A DNA stretch of 63,956 nucleotides, filler included, from Klebsormidium nitens (lineage: Eukaryota; Plantae; Klebsormidiophyceae): the NCBI GenBank assembly GCA_000708835.1. It is 4 parts of 4 records of this genome, joined end to end, with 100 filler letters (N's around TTAATTAATTAA, not from the genome) between each part and the next. Parts side by side here need not be neighbours in the genome. Positions count along the whole stretch, not along the records: positions 1 to 28,042 come from DF237803.1; positions 28,143 to 49,580 come from DF237867.1; 2 more parts are not named here. One strand, written 5' to 3'. Both the position numbers and the translations under genes were made by a program. Shown here one piece after another: positions 13,867 to 29,469 of the stretch. Within the stretch, counting starts at the first letter, position 1. Each line of letters begins with the position of its first letter. The notes below the pieces were generated by a model. It did not search any database and was not told the DNA's origin. It was given only the letters and a program-made list of their open reading frames with translations.

Positions 13867-15515
13867 GGCGGGGTAAAAGTAGCTATGCGCGCGTGCCCCA
13901 GTAGGTTACGCGGGTAGGGTGAGGAGCAGCGTGATGGCATTGCGTGCAGCCATGGGGCTAGCACGCGCACCCGGTCGCAAGCCCTGGCCCGGCGAAGTGG
14001 CTACGATTACCATTGGGCCGGAAGCCGTCATTTTTGCTTTGCGGACAATTCTTTGAAAGCTTTTACTGTGATCAAGATTCAATTGGACAAACATCATTCG
14101 ATGTCACGACTGGTTGAACGTAACTGTCCTGTATATGTAGCCGGAGACCTGTCTGCTCATGCAAACAAGCTCGCAAATTGCGGGTGCTTGAAACTACTGT
14201 AGTTGAGTTGTACGTGGTTACTTTGGACGACTGGAAGCTCCTGGACGTGATGCCTAGATCGAAAAAGACGAGTAATTGGGCCAGCTTGCAAGTTTGGAAC
14301 TCTTGCGAGTGGTGTAATAAAGTGTAAACCCAAGCTGGGATTAAACTAGTATTTTGGTACGGTTTATCATCCAGTTAATAAGTCATCTGAAAGTTCGTTA
14401 CCGTATATTCGCGTGTGAAGTTGACCTGCTAGTGCAAAGCTTCATGAAGTGGAGGAGCCTTTCAATCACAACGCTGTTGTTGCATCTTTGAGATGGAATC
14501 TTATAAGATATGCCTGATGCAATCATCGTTGATCGAGCTCTTCAGAATCAAGACGCGCATTGACATGAGCAAGCTTGCCTGCCGCAACGTGGAAGTTAAT
14601 TAAGAGTTATGCATGATCGCGCGGATCGACAGCTCATATTGAATATACTTTGGTGGTTAATTAAATCATCACATGAGCAGAATTGATATTACTAGCGATT
14701 TAGGCACAATGATACGGCGACGAGATGAACTCAATCGGTTGTCACGCGTTGCCGCCGAGTTCGGATTATATTGAATCAGATTGAGTGCATAATACGGCCA
14801 TGCAAAGTATAGGCACATACCCACAGGATGCTCAATGTAATGCTAAAACTTTTGGGAACACACGAAAGCAGCTACATAGAACATGTGTTTCGGAATTACC
14901 ACTTGGGCGCATTGTGCCGTCTTTACGTACAAGGCCACTGAGGCGTTGTATGTTGCTCCAAACGCTCACAATGAGCACTCTGATGTATCACTACTGGGTA
15001 CTGTTCTGGTGTGCATTCGGGATAAGAGAGCATAGAATAGATGCATGAAGTGTGCACCATGGCCGACAAAAAGCAATTAGTTTGTCCACCAGCGAAAGGT
15101 AGCCAGGTAGGTGTGCTGCTCACTGCTTCGATTCCTCCGGTTCAAAGATTTTGTACCATGCAGCCGAGCATCAAGAAGGAAGGAACGACTTAGCAGTTAA
15201 AAATTCTCAGATGGTTAACACAATTTTGGTTCTTTCTTGCCCGTCAGGCACCACACCATGCGGTGAAATGTGGCACGCGAGACTTCCCTTCCTCAACAAA
15301 CAAGAATGCAATTGTTTGCGAGTAAAAGCGCCGCTACGCGCCAAACGGAAGTCTACCGTCTTGACAAATTTCTTCTGAACGTTTTTGGGGCCCCTGTACA
15401 GCCTACTCCCTTACATCCGCTCCCTTGTACCTGAACCGCTGGCATCCTCCTTTCTAGATTCCATGCTTCTGATGCACCCTCTCTGGAACACTCGTCCAAT
15501 GCCGAGCTTTGACTC

Positions 15516-18372
15516 TTACCGAATGGCATGGTACTGCCCACTGGTTCGTCTTGGGGGGAGCTTCCTCAGGATGTACAGCACCAGTGCAGACGGCACGATC
15601 TCCGTCAGCTGCGGCGAAGCACCCCAAGCCCGTCAGCCAGGTGGCGACACACGACACAAGAGAGCCAGGTAACGAGATACAAGCATCTGGGTCGAACTGT
15701 TGCAGCAAATGAAGGTTGTGGGGCTTGCGTGCTGGTACGTGATTGCTTCATGGACTTCAAGGATCCCGCATGCCGCTCACCGTGTAGTAGATGGCATTCA
15801 GGATGGGATGGTTCAGGACGTCCAGATCCGCCTCCTTGGAGAACGCAGACCAGGCAATCTACACGGTAGAGCCAAGTCGCAGCCAATCAGCCAAAGCCAA
15901 GAGGTTCCTAGCTCCTGTCAAGGAAGTTGATCTGACCCGAGACGGGAGGACACGAAAGCAGACGCTTCTGGCATCATTGCAAGAATCCGTTTTCGAGATG
16001 ATCACAGCAACAACCTACCAGGCTGCCTCCTAACAAAGTGAATCGAAGAAATCGAGGCTCACCATGACGGCACGGATGGTGAAGCAGGTGAAGCAGATGG
16101 CCGTCACGAAACCGACCTGCACCAAGACACGGAGCGTCAGCAAGAGAGCGGGAGAAGGTGTAACTTTGCATCATCACTTTGCTTAAAAGAAAGCGTCACA
16201 AGCGTAACAACACAAGCTGGAATTACACCCGCAGCTGACATCAGCAGTGAGTGAGCAGGCTGGCCCCACCTCCCGCAGCTTCTTTCTCCGACCCTTGGAC
16301 TCGATCGGGAAGCGCCGCAACATGAGGAACAGCCTGCGAAGCCACCACAAAGAGGGTCAAACTTCTGGCCTCAACCTAGGTCCCCTCAAGATTTCTGAGT
16401 GAACCTGGGTGTCACAAGATAATGTCCGCCTGAGGTTGGCAAGATTACACATATGCAGACCAGCCCAGGTCGCGTGTCTGCCTACATGAGAAATTCGTGA
16501 CATGAGCCTATGTGCATTTGCAGTGCATGCTTGCCACTATCCACAAGAGCTGCAGTGACCCATAGGGCAAGAGTCTCACCGTCCTCCGTAGAGCAGGAAG
16601 CCCGAGGCTGCGGCCAGCGACACGACCGCGAAGAAGAGCTTGGCCGCCATGTCGATTTCGCGGTGCAGGCCAGGCTCAAGGTACATCACCACCCAGATCA
16701 GGAACTGCGCAAGAGCCACGCCGAGACAGTTGTGACCAGCTTCTCTTGTCATTCAAAGGTGCGCCAGATATGACCCAGCCTGCATACTTGATGTTTCAAA
16801 AGGGAATCAGAAGTAAAGCTCAAAGCAGCATCTTCGTCGAGGGATGGGGCTCACCTGGACCACGTAGACCGCAGCATTGGTGATCAAGAACGCCGGCCGC
16901 AGGTTGTCGGTTGGAAGGCTCCTGGCCTGCAAATTCAAACATGAAAGTTTGAAACTCCCATTCATCGAACCACCTTCAAGAAACCAACAAAGGCCAAATT
17001 GCCAGGAGGGATGTGCTTCATTTCACATGGACTCTCGATCCATGAAAAACTCAAGCTCTAAACTAGCTGCAGCTGCAGTCTTTGCAAAACCATCCCTGTG
17101 GGCTGCAATGTTTGGCCGCGCCTATCATGGAGATACCGGCAGAGATACGAAGCGTGTATATCCAAGCTGACCTGGTGATAGATCTCGGCCCAGAAAAGGA
17201 CCAACAAAGTATAGGTGGTGAAGAAGAGGAGGCCGGGCAGATCCATGACGATAGCGCCGGCGACCTGCACATACCAACAGCCATGACTACGGGCTGGCGC
17301 GAACTTCGCCCTGGAACAAGCAGGAATTTTGAACAATTCAAGGTCATGCAGCCAGCATAAGTATGTTTTTCACATGGGGGCAAAAGTGGCACAAAGTCGG
17401 CGCGCCTTCTCACAACCAAACAATCAGCATTGGTTGGCAGCTAGTGTACTAGAACCTCAAACAAGAACTCTATGTCTCAAGCACTCCCCTCTACCACAGG
17501 ATACGTGGCATTGCTTGCAGTCTATGGATATTTAGGGGTTTTGACTTGACAACGAGAGTGTGGTAAAAAAGTTTGCTGAACCCCTAACAAAGAAAATGCT
17601 GGATATCACAAAGATGGAAAAAACATTAACAGCCTGCAGCAGCCTCAAGCATAAGCAAGTGCTGGGCAAGGGGCAGAATACATCTACTTGGAGCACCATG
17701 CCTCACCTGGGGTTTCATTTGAGCGACAGCTGGCCGCCAGATGAAGGAGAGGGCTCGTACTGTGTACAAGCAGCAAGATGGAAAAGGTCAACAATTGGCA
17801 TGGCATGGCATTTAGTGCTGGCCCAACTTTTGCAACTTGCTTAAACACAATGCGCATGCATGCATAGTCGTTTTGCCGGGAGCCAGCTTGTGACAGGATC
17901 TTGTTTAGTAGGCCTTCCGAAATGAGGGACATCCTCTCTCAGATACTTAATCATTTGGATTACCTACCTGTATTTACAATGAAGTTCAGCAGATGGAAGA
18001 CCTTCTGAGTTGTCCATCCGTACTCTGGAACACGCAATTGAATGCGGATCAATTGCACCTGTACAAGAAGGAAATGCAGCAAAATTGTCCATATGTTGGA
18101 AGGGATACTTAGTAAGGTCATTTCAAGCTTTAGAGGATCCAAGGCATATCTTTATGCTCGTAAGAGTCCTGCGTGCAAGGAAGATCATTTGTCAGACCAT
18201 AATAAAATCACAGACGTCTCACCAGAGCCACCAGTCCTATCAGCAAGTAAGCCCCTGCCAGAGCGTAAAAGATTCTCGCTTGCCACACGGGCGAGTCATC
18301 CACGTCGTCCCACCAACTTCCGAGTTGCTGGGCCTGTTCGATAGAGACAACGCGCCACCACATCCTCTCCAT
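15516..18372 (-). CDS. Tobamovirus multiplication protein TOM1/TOM3/THH1-like multi-pass membrane protein (DUF1084), about 10 exons
   Basis: Exons read [132 protein letters not shown] and [19 protein letters not shown]...YHAIR*. ATG at 18372, stop at 15516. Confidence 0.93.
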
Positions 18373-19018
18373 GTTCCCTGACCAAAAAGCGTTTCTACCT
18401 GGTTGACCAGGCCCTCCTGTGCCCACACGACTCCTGCTGGGGGCCCTTCCCAAAGCGCCCTACACTACACTGACAGCGGCATTTACCGTATGTAGCAACG
18501 GGTTGCACGATCGTGCTGTCTTGTCGTGCAGAGACGGTCCGCTCCATACATAATATCAATGGAGATTTCTACTGCGGCATCGATTTTGAGCATTTTGCAT
18601 CGGGACTTTTAGAGGTGCGTTTCCTAGCCTTCATACTGAAGTAACAGGCCACTTTTCGACGCACACGATATGAGAAGAAAAGTGCAATGGTTGGTAACAG
18701 GAGTGCTATAGATTCTGGTTTTAATTTCTGTCGTTGTGCATATTACCATGGAAAATGGCTAGGCCGGAACGCTTTTGGGCCCTGGCAGGAAGACTGATAG
18801 CCTATAACTTGTATAAGGAACAGAGGACGAGGGCAGGAAAACTTGGAAAACCTTGTACTTCAAGTTTGGAAAATCTCAAAATTGGTGCGCTGCTGAAGAA
18901 TTGAACGCAGGATTTCAATGGCTGACTGCTGCTGAAAGGCGTGTCTGCATTGTCAAGGTTCTACATTGTGCAGGGCACCTACGGTACCCATTCCGTGTTT
19001 TCCAAGGGTTTCTTTGCA
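18373..19018. promoter_or_regulatory. Short head-to-head intergenic region (probable bidirectional promoter) between the TOM1-like gene and CDKA
   Basis: The start codons diverge only about 650 bp apart. No specific cis-element is established. Confidence 0.45.
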
Positions 19019-21870
<2,852 letters not shown>

Positions 21871-23106
21871 GCCCGAGTCAAAGCGGCCCTTTGTTTTCCG
21901 ATTAGTGTACATATAACCAGATGACCATATCCGATTTGGTCTAGGCGGCGGTCAATCCACAGCTCACATTGGTTTCGAAAACAGATTATCAGCTTCTAAG
22001 GACAACCGTCAACTTCTAGTTGATAGTTGAGCTTGCTGAAAGGTGTTTGCTTTGAGACGTTGAAAGGTCAACAGGTTTCTTGGCAGAGTGCTTTCTAGTA
22101 GCAGCCACCGCCAGTTGTTTACTGTCACAGCTCTGAGGCAGGTCTGCAAAATCCTTAATATTCTCTGAGGTGTGCACAAGGTATATGTGCATGCCGGTAC
22201 TTTACGAGTGCCTTGTAATGCTGACATGTCGACCATGTGACATAAATGAACATCGCATGGAACACTACACTTCCATGTGGTTGACATTGCATGAGCCCTA
22301 CCGCCGATTTGTCAAGAATCCTGGTTTCTTGCCCATTTTGGGGGCCATTGCTATCTCTGCTTGCTAGGTGCACAAATGGACGATCGTTAGCCTCTCTTCA
22401 GACACTCATTAGATTTGAGCCTGCCACTTGATGCCTCCAGGAATTCGGGCAATTTCGTTTATACATGTCAGTGCATGATGTCGTTACTATCAGCTAGTAG
22501 CACTGCAGCATGCCACCATCTGGTACACTGACGGCGGCACATGCATGTGCCAGTACACGACTCTAGAGCTAGCTAGCATGTGCCACAGTACATGTACTAG
22601 CATGCATATGCAGATCTGCCTGCTATAGAGATATGCACACGTCTATGTCCATGAAAAGCGCCCAACATACGTTGAGGATATAGTTGCATGAGCCTGTGCG
22701 TGCGACAGCAGGATCCCATTCTCTATATGCAACCAGATGACACAGTATACGACACGAGCCGACGGTCAATTGTACACCTTACATGATTAGATCGTACAAT
22801 CAGCTTAAAGTTCTAGCCTGGCTCCTTGGCAACAGCTGACCCATGTAGCACGCATTGATCGGCGATCAACAAACTCGGCTTTTTGACACAGCGTTATCAG
22901 AAAATCAGAGGTTCAACATCCAGCTAGCTGTAAACAATCCAATGCATAAATTAATCAACGGACAGAGAGCCGTTTGCAAGCTCTATCCCGTTTTATTTGA
23001 AACAGCTAAGACTCTGTGTATACACACTGACTTATGTACTGAACGGGCTTGGACAATCTGAAACTCCTAAAATGGCGGGCCTGTACCAAAATCGCTGTCA
23101 TATAAC

Positions 23107-26100
23107 TTAGTAGAGCGTGGTGGGCAGTTGCTGCTCGTGTGACCCTACATTCCTGTGCTCGTGCTGTCCCCCAATTGCAGCTCCGCCACGCCCTTCGACC
23201 CACGACCTTGCCTCGCTTCCAGGCTGTGTGACCAACAAAAACAACACGCGCCTAGAGCGTCGTGTATGGGTTGCCTGACAGCACCGGCACTTCGCAGCGG
23301 GCGCCTGTGAACCCGTTGGGGCATTGGCACCCCGTTTGCCCGCTGATAACCAGGGGCGTGCCCCCATTTCTGCATGGGTTTACCGGAGGGGCGGTCGTAG
23401 TGACAGGGGCACCTGAAGCGACGACAAAATGTTACGGGTCAATCCACAGCTCCACCATTGTCCAGCAATCATACAAGCAACGTGAAAGCATCCCTCTAAG
23501 GGACCACCTTCATATTACCCGCTGCAGAAAAAGGGAGTCCAGCACGGACCATCTTCTGGGGGCAACTCAAAATGGGGACGGTCAGGTGCATCCCATCATG
23601 GGTGGCCTCTGGCCTCCTGCGGACTACCCACTCCCTGGACAACCAAACACGACCTGACTGACAGTCCCGTTGCGGGCTCCGGTCTCACCTGTTGCTGCAG
23701 GCGTGCTGGAGGGCGGGGTCAAAGGAGGCCTGGTGCTGGCGGGAGTGGCGCTGGGGGTGACCGCCGGGACCGGGGCGGGGGCGCCCGTGGGCGCGGGAGC
23801 GGGGGCTACGACCTTGGTCGGGGCGGGGGTCACAGGGACAGTGACGGTGGGGCGCGGGGTGACCACTGGGGCGGGGGCGGGGGCCACCGCCGGGGCCACG
23901 GTCTTGGCTGGAGCGGGGGCCACGGCAGGGGCGGGGGCCGGGGCAACGGCGGGGGCGGGAGCAGGACTGAGCGCCGAGAGGGGGGGGCAGCCCAGGAACG
24001 GCTGGTTGAGGGGGGTGACGGCGCCGGGAGCGGTGGTGACGAAGGTGGCGGGGAAGTCGAAGAAGGTGAGGGTGGAGTTCTTGGCAGTGAGGTAGATGTT
24101 GGGGCCGTTGGTGGTCTGCGGAAGAGGGAAGATCGGCACGGGGCGTCAGCATGGCTGTTATTAACTAGTGGAAGCTGCCTGGTACCACGGATGACTGCTA
24201 AAGTCTCCGACAGTACGATCTGGACTTGCAAAGGAAAGGAATGCCGGCAGCAAAAGCTGCAACAGCTACCTTCCCTATCAGTCGCTGTAAGCTGGCATAT
24301 TGTAGGTTCTCATTGGTCCAACCGTACAACTCGCTGATCTGTGCCTTCCGGTGAAATTGCAGCCGTCTTACCACATTTGCGAGCAGAATGTGAATGGATG
24401 TTCGAAGTATTATACATCCAGATCCGGGGCACCTTCAAACACCATCAATAACCTATCAAGGTACTGAAAGAAAATGCGAGCCACACTAGCTGCAAAGGTC
24501 CTCGATATCCGGCCGAACACTACTTGTAGCGGGGAGGGACGTCCATGTAACTGGTCACGTCAACCTCAAACTTTGGCCTCAAAAAAGAGAAATCGGAACA
24601 TTAAACTTGTCAGGCATTGCAGCTATAAGTCTGCGAATGGACTTCTCAAAGCAGTAGACCAGCTTTCAACAGGCCGAAACGGGTTCCGTGAAGTGGATCA
24701 GCCTCGCCACTTTCCCCTCTGTCGAAGCCCCCGGGTCAATGCACCAGCAGAATCCAGAGAGATGGGGGGAATACAACGAAAAGCATGATATTGATGCCCG
24801 AACCCCTGACGGGCTATGCAGAATGTGGGCGACCACAAGAGCAGACTGTGAGGAGACCGAAGAAGCAAAACAAGGCAGGGGGGGAGCAGGCACACAGCAC
24901 GACATACAAGCGAGGAGCTTGGGCGCTGGGAAAGACCAGGCACCAACACAGGTCCTTTTAAGAACAACGATTGATCTGACGTTCTTCAAAGATGCCCCAG
25001 TTGTGCCCTTTCCGCTGTCAGCTGTGCACTTGCAAGGCTTACCGCAGCATTACTCGTTCCTCGGAAGCCGCAGATCTGCGCGGCGGCCTGGTCAACCATG
25101 ACGGCTCCCCCCAGCGGCGCTGTGTTGCCGTTGAAGGTGTTGGGCGTGCCGGGGGTTACCGTGTTGTCAGCCTCACTCAGCAGCAGGTTCCCCGAGTCTA
25201 GCACCTGGATGGCGCCGCCGCTCTGCACACCACACAGGGAGCATGCGTGAGATGGCCAGCACATCGAGCGGCAACACGGGGTGGGTGAAGAGGCACCCCC
25301 CCTCTTGTTTGTAACGAGGGAAGACGATGTTAAATCGCGACCCACCTTGTTTGCGCTCAGCCCAAGCTTTGCCAGTATCATGCTTGCCAATTGTCCTATG
25401 TTTGCAGCTTCAATCTCAAAGCGGGGCTTTGTCTCTCCGTCCTGACCACGTCTCCATCCACGTTTCTGCATCAAGGCTCCCCCGCACTCACCGTGACCGC
25501 TCTGTTATTCGTGAACGTCGAGAAGCCCACGTCCGCCTTGGCGCCGCTCTCCACATCAATGGCACCGCCAAACTGCAGCGCAATGACAATCAACCACGTC
25601 AAGGGGGCAGGCCTGAGCGGCGGCAGCCAGGAAGCCAGGGGGACTCCCCCACCTTACTACAATAGCAAGCATGCACATCAGAGATACGAATGCAGCCAGT
25701 GGACAGCAGGGGCAGGCATTATCGACGGCATGTAGTGGCATGCTGTGCCCAGCCGCCTGGTCAGTGGTAACTCACATTGGCGGTGTTGCCGCTGAAGGAT
25801 CCCCCCCGTACGGTCAGGCTGCCGCTGGAACCGACCACCGCAATGGCCCCGCCCCCGCTCAACTGCACCGCAACCGCAGGATGTGAGCCGCAATCAAAAG
25901 GCACCGCCCAAAACATAAGCCATGTGGTTCAGGCAGCCAAGATTCATGGTGGGGGGCTGCTGGCGAGCACCAACCAAGATACATCACAGCTGTCACCCTT
26001 GTAGAGTGATCCTTCAGGACGGCTGTGCTGCTCACCACTCCCACCGCCTGGTTGTCGGTGAAGACCGGGGAGTCCAGCGCAACAACGCCCGCCACCAGCA

Positions 26101-26941
26101 TGGCCCCCCCGCTGCCATTAGACTGCAACAGAACAGCTGGGGGTCAGGGCACATATGGGGTAGGGGCGCAAGCCAGCGGCTGCTGCGAAAGATCCATAAA
26201 TGCAGATCCTCCAAATGCAGATTGCAAGCCGCCCTGCTGCCTGGGGCAGTCCAGCAGATTTTGGTGGCCCCCACTGCTGAGCGGATGCTCTAGTGACAGT
26301 GCCTGATGCAGCGCCTGGTGGGGCTAGTAGAGCAACAGCAGAGGCTCACCTTCGCGTTACTCAAGGTGAGGGCCGATGCAAAGAGGCTCCCGCCCGCCCT
26401 GACGTTGAAGATGCGAGAGATACCCCCCGCATCAATCGTGTTGCCAGCCCCATCTATGCTAAGGATGGAACTGAGCACCAGCTCGCCCCCGGTCAGAGTG
26501 ATGGGTGCGGTCAGCGTGACAGCACCCCCCTGAGCGACCGCAGTGCGCAGCTCTGCCTCGGTAGCAATAGGCCCTGCACAAAACAAGCACCAACTGCCAT
26601 TGGCACGGGCGGAGTGGACCATAGGGGCGTTTTGCGAACGAAATGAGTGCTCCCCTGAAGCTGCTGCACCAAGCAAAAGCGGGCTCATCCAGAGCGAGGC
26701 GTCACTTTAAGCTTCTCGCAACCAATGCTAAGCCCTCTGTGAGATCGGAGGTAAAACCCGCTCGCCTCTATGAGCGAGTGTCCTCGCTAGCGCCGGCAGC
26801 TAGAAAGCAACCTCCAGAAGGCAGCAGAGCCACTGAATGCAAATGCAACTGCCGTGCTTGCCGCTTACCTGTTACAGCAGCAGCCACAGAGTGCAGCAGG
26901 AGGGACAGAATTGCGATGCCAGCAAGGCCGCAGGCACCCAT
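23107..26941 (-). CDS. Secreted protein: signal peptide, Pmp-like right-handed beta-helix repeats (GGAI/FxxN), and an Ala-Pro/Thr-Pro-rich AGP-like stalk; multi-exon
   Basis: Exon 1 (26941-26869) reads MGACGLAGIAILSLLLHSVAAAVT. Later exons read TIDAGGISRIFNV, GGAMLV..FTDN, GGAIAV..FSGN, GGAIDV..FTNN and GGAIQV..FNGN..GGAVMV. Exon 23690-24130 reads PAPAPAVAPAPAPAVAPAP. The 3' exons (GAPVTTTAPP; PGSEARSW...TTLY*) are tentative. Confidence 0.7.
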
Positions 26942-29469
26942 GGCCCTCTGCTAGGGCACCCCAGGCAGAAAATGGGCCTCTGACAAACCGCAGGGCTGCA
27001 GATGCTTAGATACCCACAGACCTGCAAAGACAAGCAAAAATGAGGCCCATCCCAAGAGCCTCAGCAGAATAGGAGGTAGCACAGGAAAGTTCTGCAGGAA
27101 TTTCAGCTTTAGAAGTTGGAGTGTGCGTTCTGCATGCGGTATGAATCCGTTCTCATCATACATGAGAATGCTGCCAAGATCTGAACGTACACAATAGTGG
27201 CAGTGTAGTCAGATGGTTTTCAAGGCACTTGAATGTTTGAATGAAATATGATGTGAGCTGACCACAAGTTATCGCTGTCGGACGGCACTGACTTAGAAGC
27301 CGCAGCCCTCTTTCAACTTGACAGCTTTCTCTTGGTCAATTTTCTGAAATCTCATGCAAGGAACTCCCTTCTTTTCCAAGAAGCCCACACTGGCTATCTG
27401 CAACAGCAAAATGTGCCGATGTCTGATGTGGGACCATTACCACAAAAAGTGCCCTGCAATGCACATCGTGTCCGTGACGACATGCAGACCACGCGTCAAA
27501 GAGCACGCTCACCTGAAGCCCTTTGCTACCTCTTGCCAGGAGACCGCTGGCAGCGCCTTTGAGATGTTGACGAACGAAAAGCCAGCATGAGTGGTTGACC
27601 GGAAGATACTTACTACACCCTACGTTGCTGCACAATGCACCCCTCCTTTTCTGCGCAGCTCGAAAGTCGCCACAGCTAAACCGTAACGTGCGCCCTTGCA
27701 GTCTCCTTTGACAACACTGTGACTCTGTGCCAGCACGCTGCAGCAGCAGTCCTAGGTTTTCGCTACATATAATACTAGTATTAGTTAGTGTTAAATTGCC
27801 CGCGAAGATGTGGTCCAAAACACCGGGCGAACTCATGTGCCAGCCTGTACCAAGTTCTTGTCGGATCCTCTTTCGGGACGGGGTGCGCTTAGACTAGTCC
27901 GTTCGATCTGCGTACGCTCACACATCGACGGCACAAGAGGCCTCACTGTGTCAGTTGGTGAATCCGGCAAATTCGCAGGGTATCAGAAGTCCCCGCAACA
28001 TGATGAACCCGGTCCTTGGCGGTCAATTGCGGTCCACCTGGCNNNNNNNNNNNNNNNNNNNNNNNNNNNNNNNNNNNNNNNNNNNNTTAATTAATTAANN
28101 NNNNNNNNNNNNNNNNNNNNNNNNNNNNNNNNNNNNNNNNNNTACTCTACATTGGCAAAATGCTCACCGGGACAACTCGATCATCCCGGTGGTATCTATG
28201 ACCAAGCTCTCAAGCATGAAGTGAGGCCCGAAAAGGCACCCGGCCATTTTGTGACGTACATATTATAGTACATCCGCATTTTGACGGTGCCGTACTTCAG
28301 TACCTCAGTCGCCACCGCGGTACGTCGATTCGGATGATTAGTACCGGTACAATCTAGCTCGGTGCTTCATGATCGCCGTAACGAGTAGTACCGTTCAGGT
28401 ACCGTGACCTCTTCCGGCCCTGCCAAGTCATCACCGAACGTGTGGCGGTGTCGAAGTTGCAGAACCCGGGTACAACTCGCGTGCCCTCGGAAATCTCAAG
28501 ACGATGTAAAAGTTCCCCTTTCCTCCTACAAAATATGGTGGCCCCAAAAAATGGCTCCTTTCGCTTTAGCTTCTTCAGTGTCAAATTGAGCTTGGCATAG
28601 CATTTCATCCAAGTCGGGATGACACAGTACAGTCACTCAATGGTTTGGTCCCGCAGTCTACGGGATGTCGGTATCCGGGGCTGAAGCCCTAGCTGACTGT
28701 CGACTGCGGTAGCCCCCCCGGAACCTCCCGTATATAGAGACAGGGCTGGCGGTACCCGCGGAGCCTTGATTCAAAACCGAATTCCCAGCAATAACACTAT
28801 CATGGACCGTATTTTAGACACTGCCCCCAAGCATAGCCCCAAGTGTCGCCGGTGTATCTTGCCTTCTGAAGCTCCTACAATGTCATTGTCAAGGCCCAAT
28901 TTTTGGGCCAAATTCCTACAGAATTGGATAATTTGCAGGAAATGTGTGATATTTTGGGGGCAATATCATACGAGCACTATTGGAGGTACCCACAAACCGC
29001 CGGATATTCGGCACCCGTAAATCGGTCGTACCGTCGTGATTGTGCGGGGCCCGACTACCGCAAATTTGAAACCGGGGAAATTGCCCCGTACCGATTTTGC
29101 ACCGTAGCGGTCCCGTGATGGAGTGACAATGATTCCGATGAACCTCTGATCGGAACTCGAATTGAAATGTCAAGCCAACGTATTCCGATGGTTAAAACGT
29201 CGAATGTAGTCGAAATGTGGAGACCGGATAGACATCGGAATAACGACGTTGGGACCCCCAAGTGGCCGCCGCTTGATGATGGATTTGAGCCGTTCCGAGC
29301 TAGGAAGGTTTTGAATCCACACAGCCTCGGGATTTAGGGAGGGCAGTCGGTTTTTGAATGGGTCGTAAGTAAACGAGCCCTAAGCGGATAATGTTGAGAA
29401 TCCGGCCTACTTATATTTCGACGCGCTGACACTCGGGCGCCAATGTAGCCGAATGGAAGCGGCCGTGTC

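Noticed and set aside
28087-28098. TTAATTAATTAA inside N-runs (also 49625-49636 and 61003-61014)
   Set aside because: An identical six-frame-stop spacer centred in scaffold gaps is an assembly artefact.
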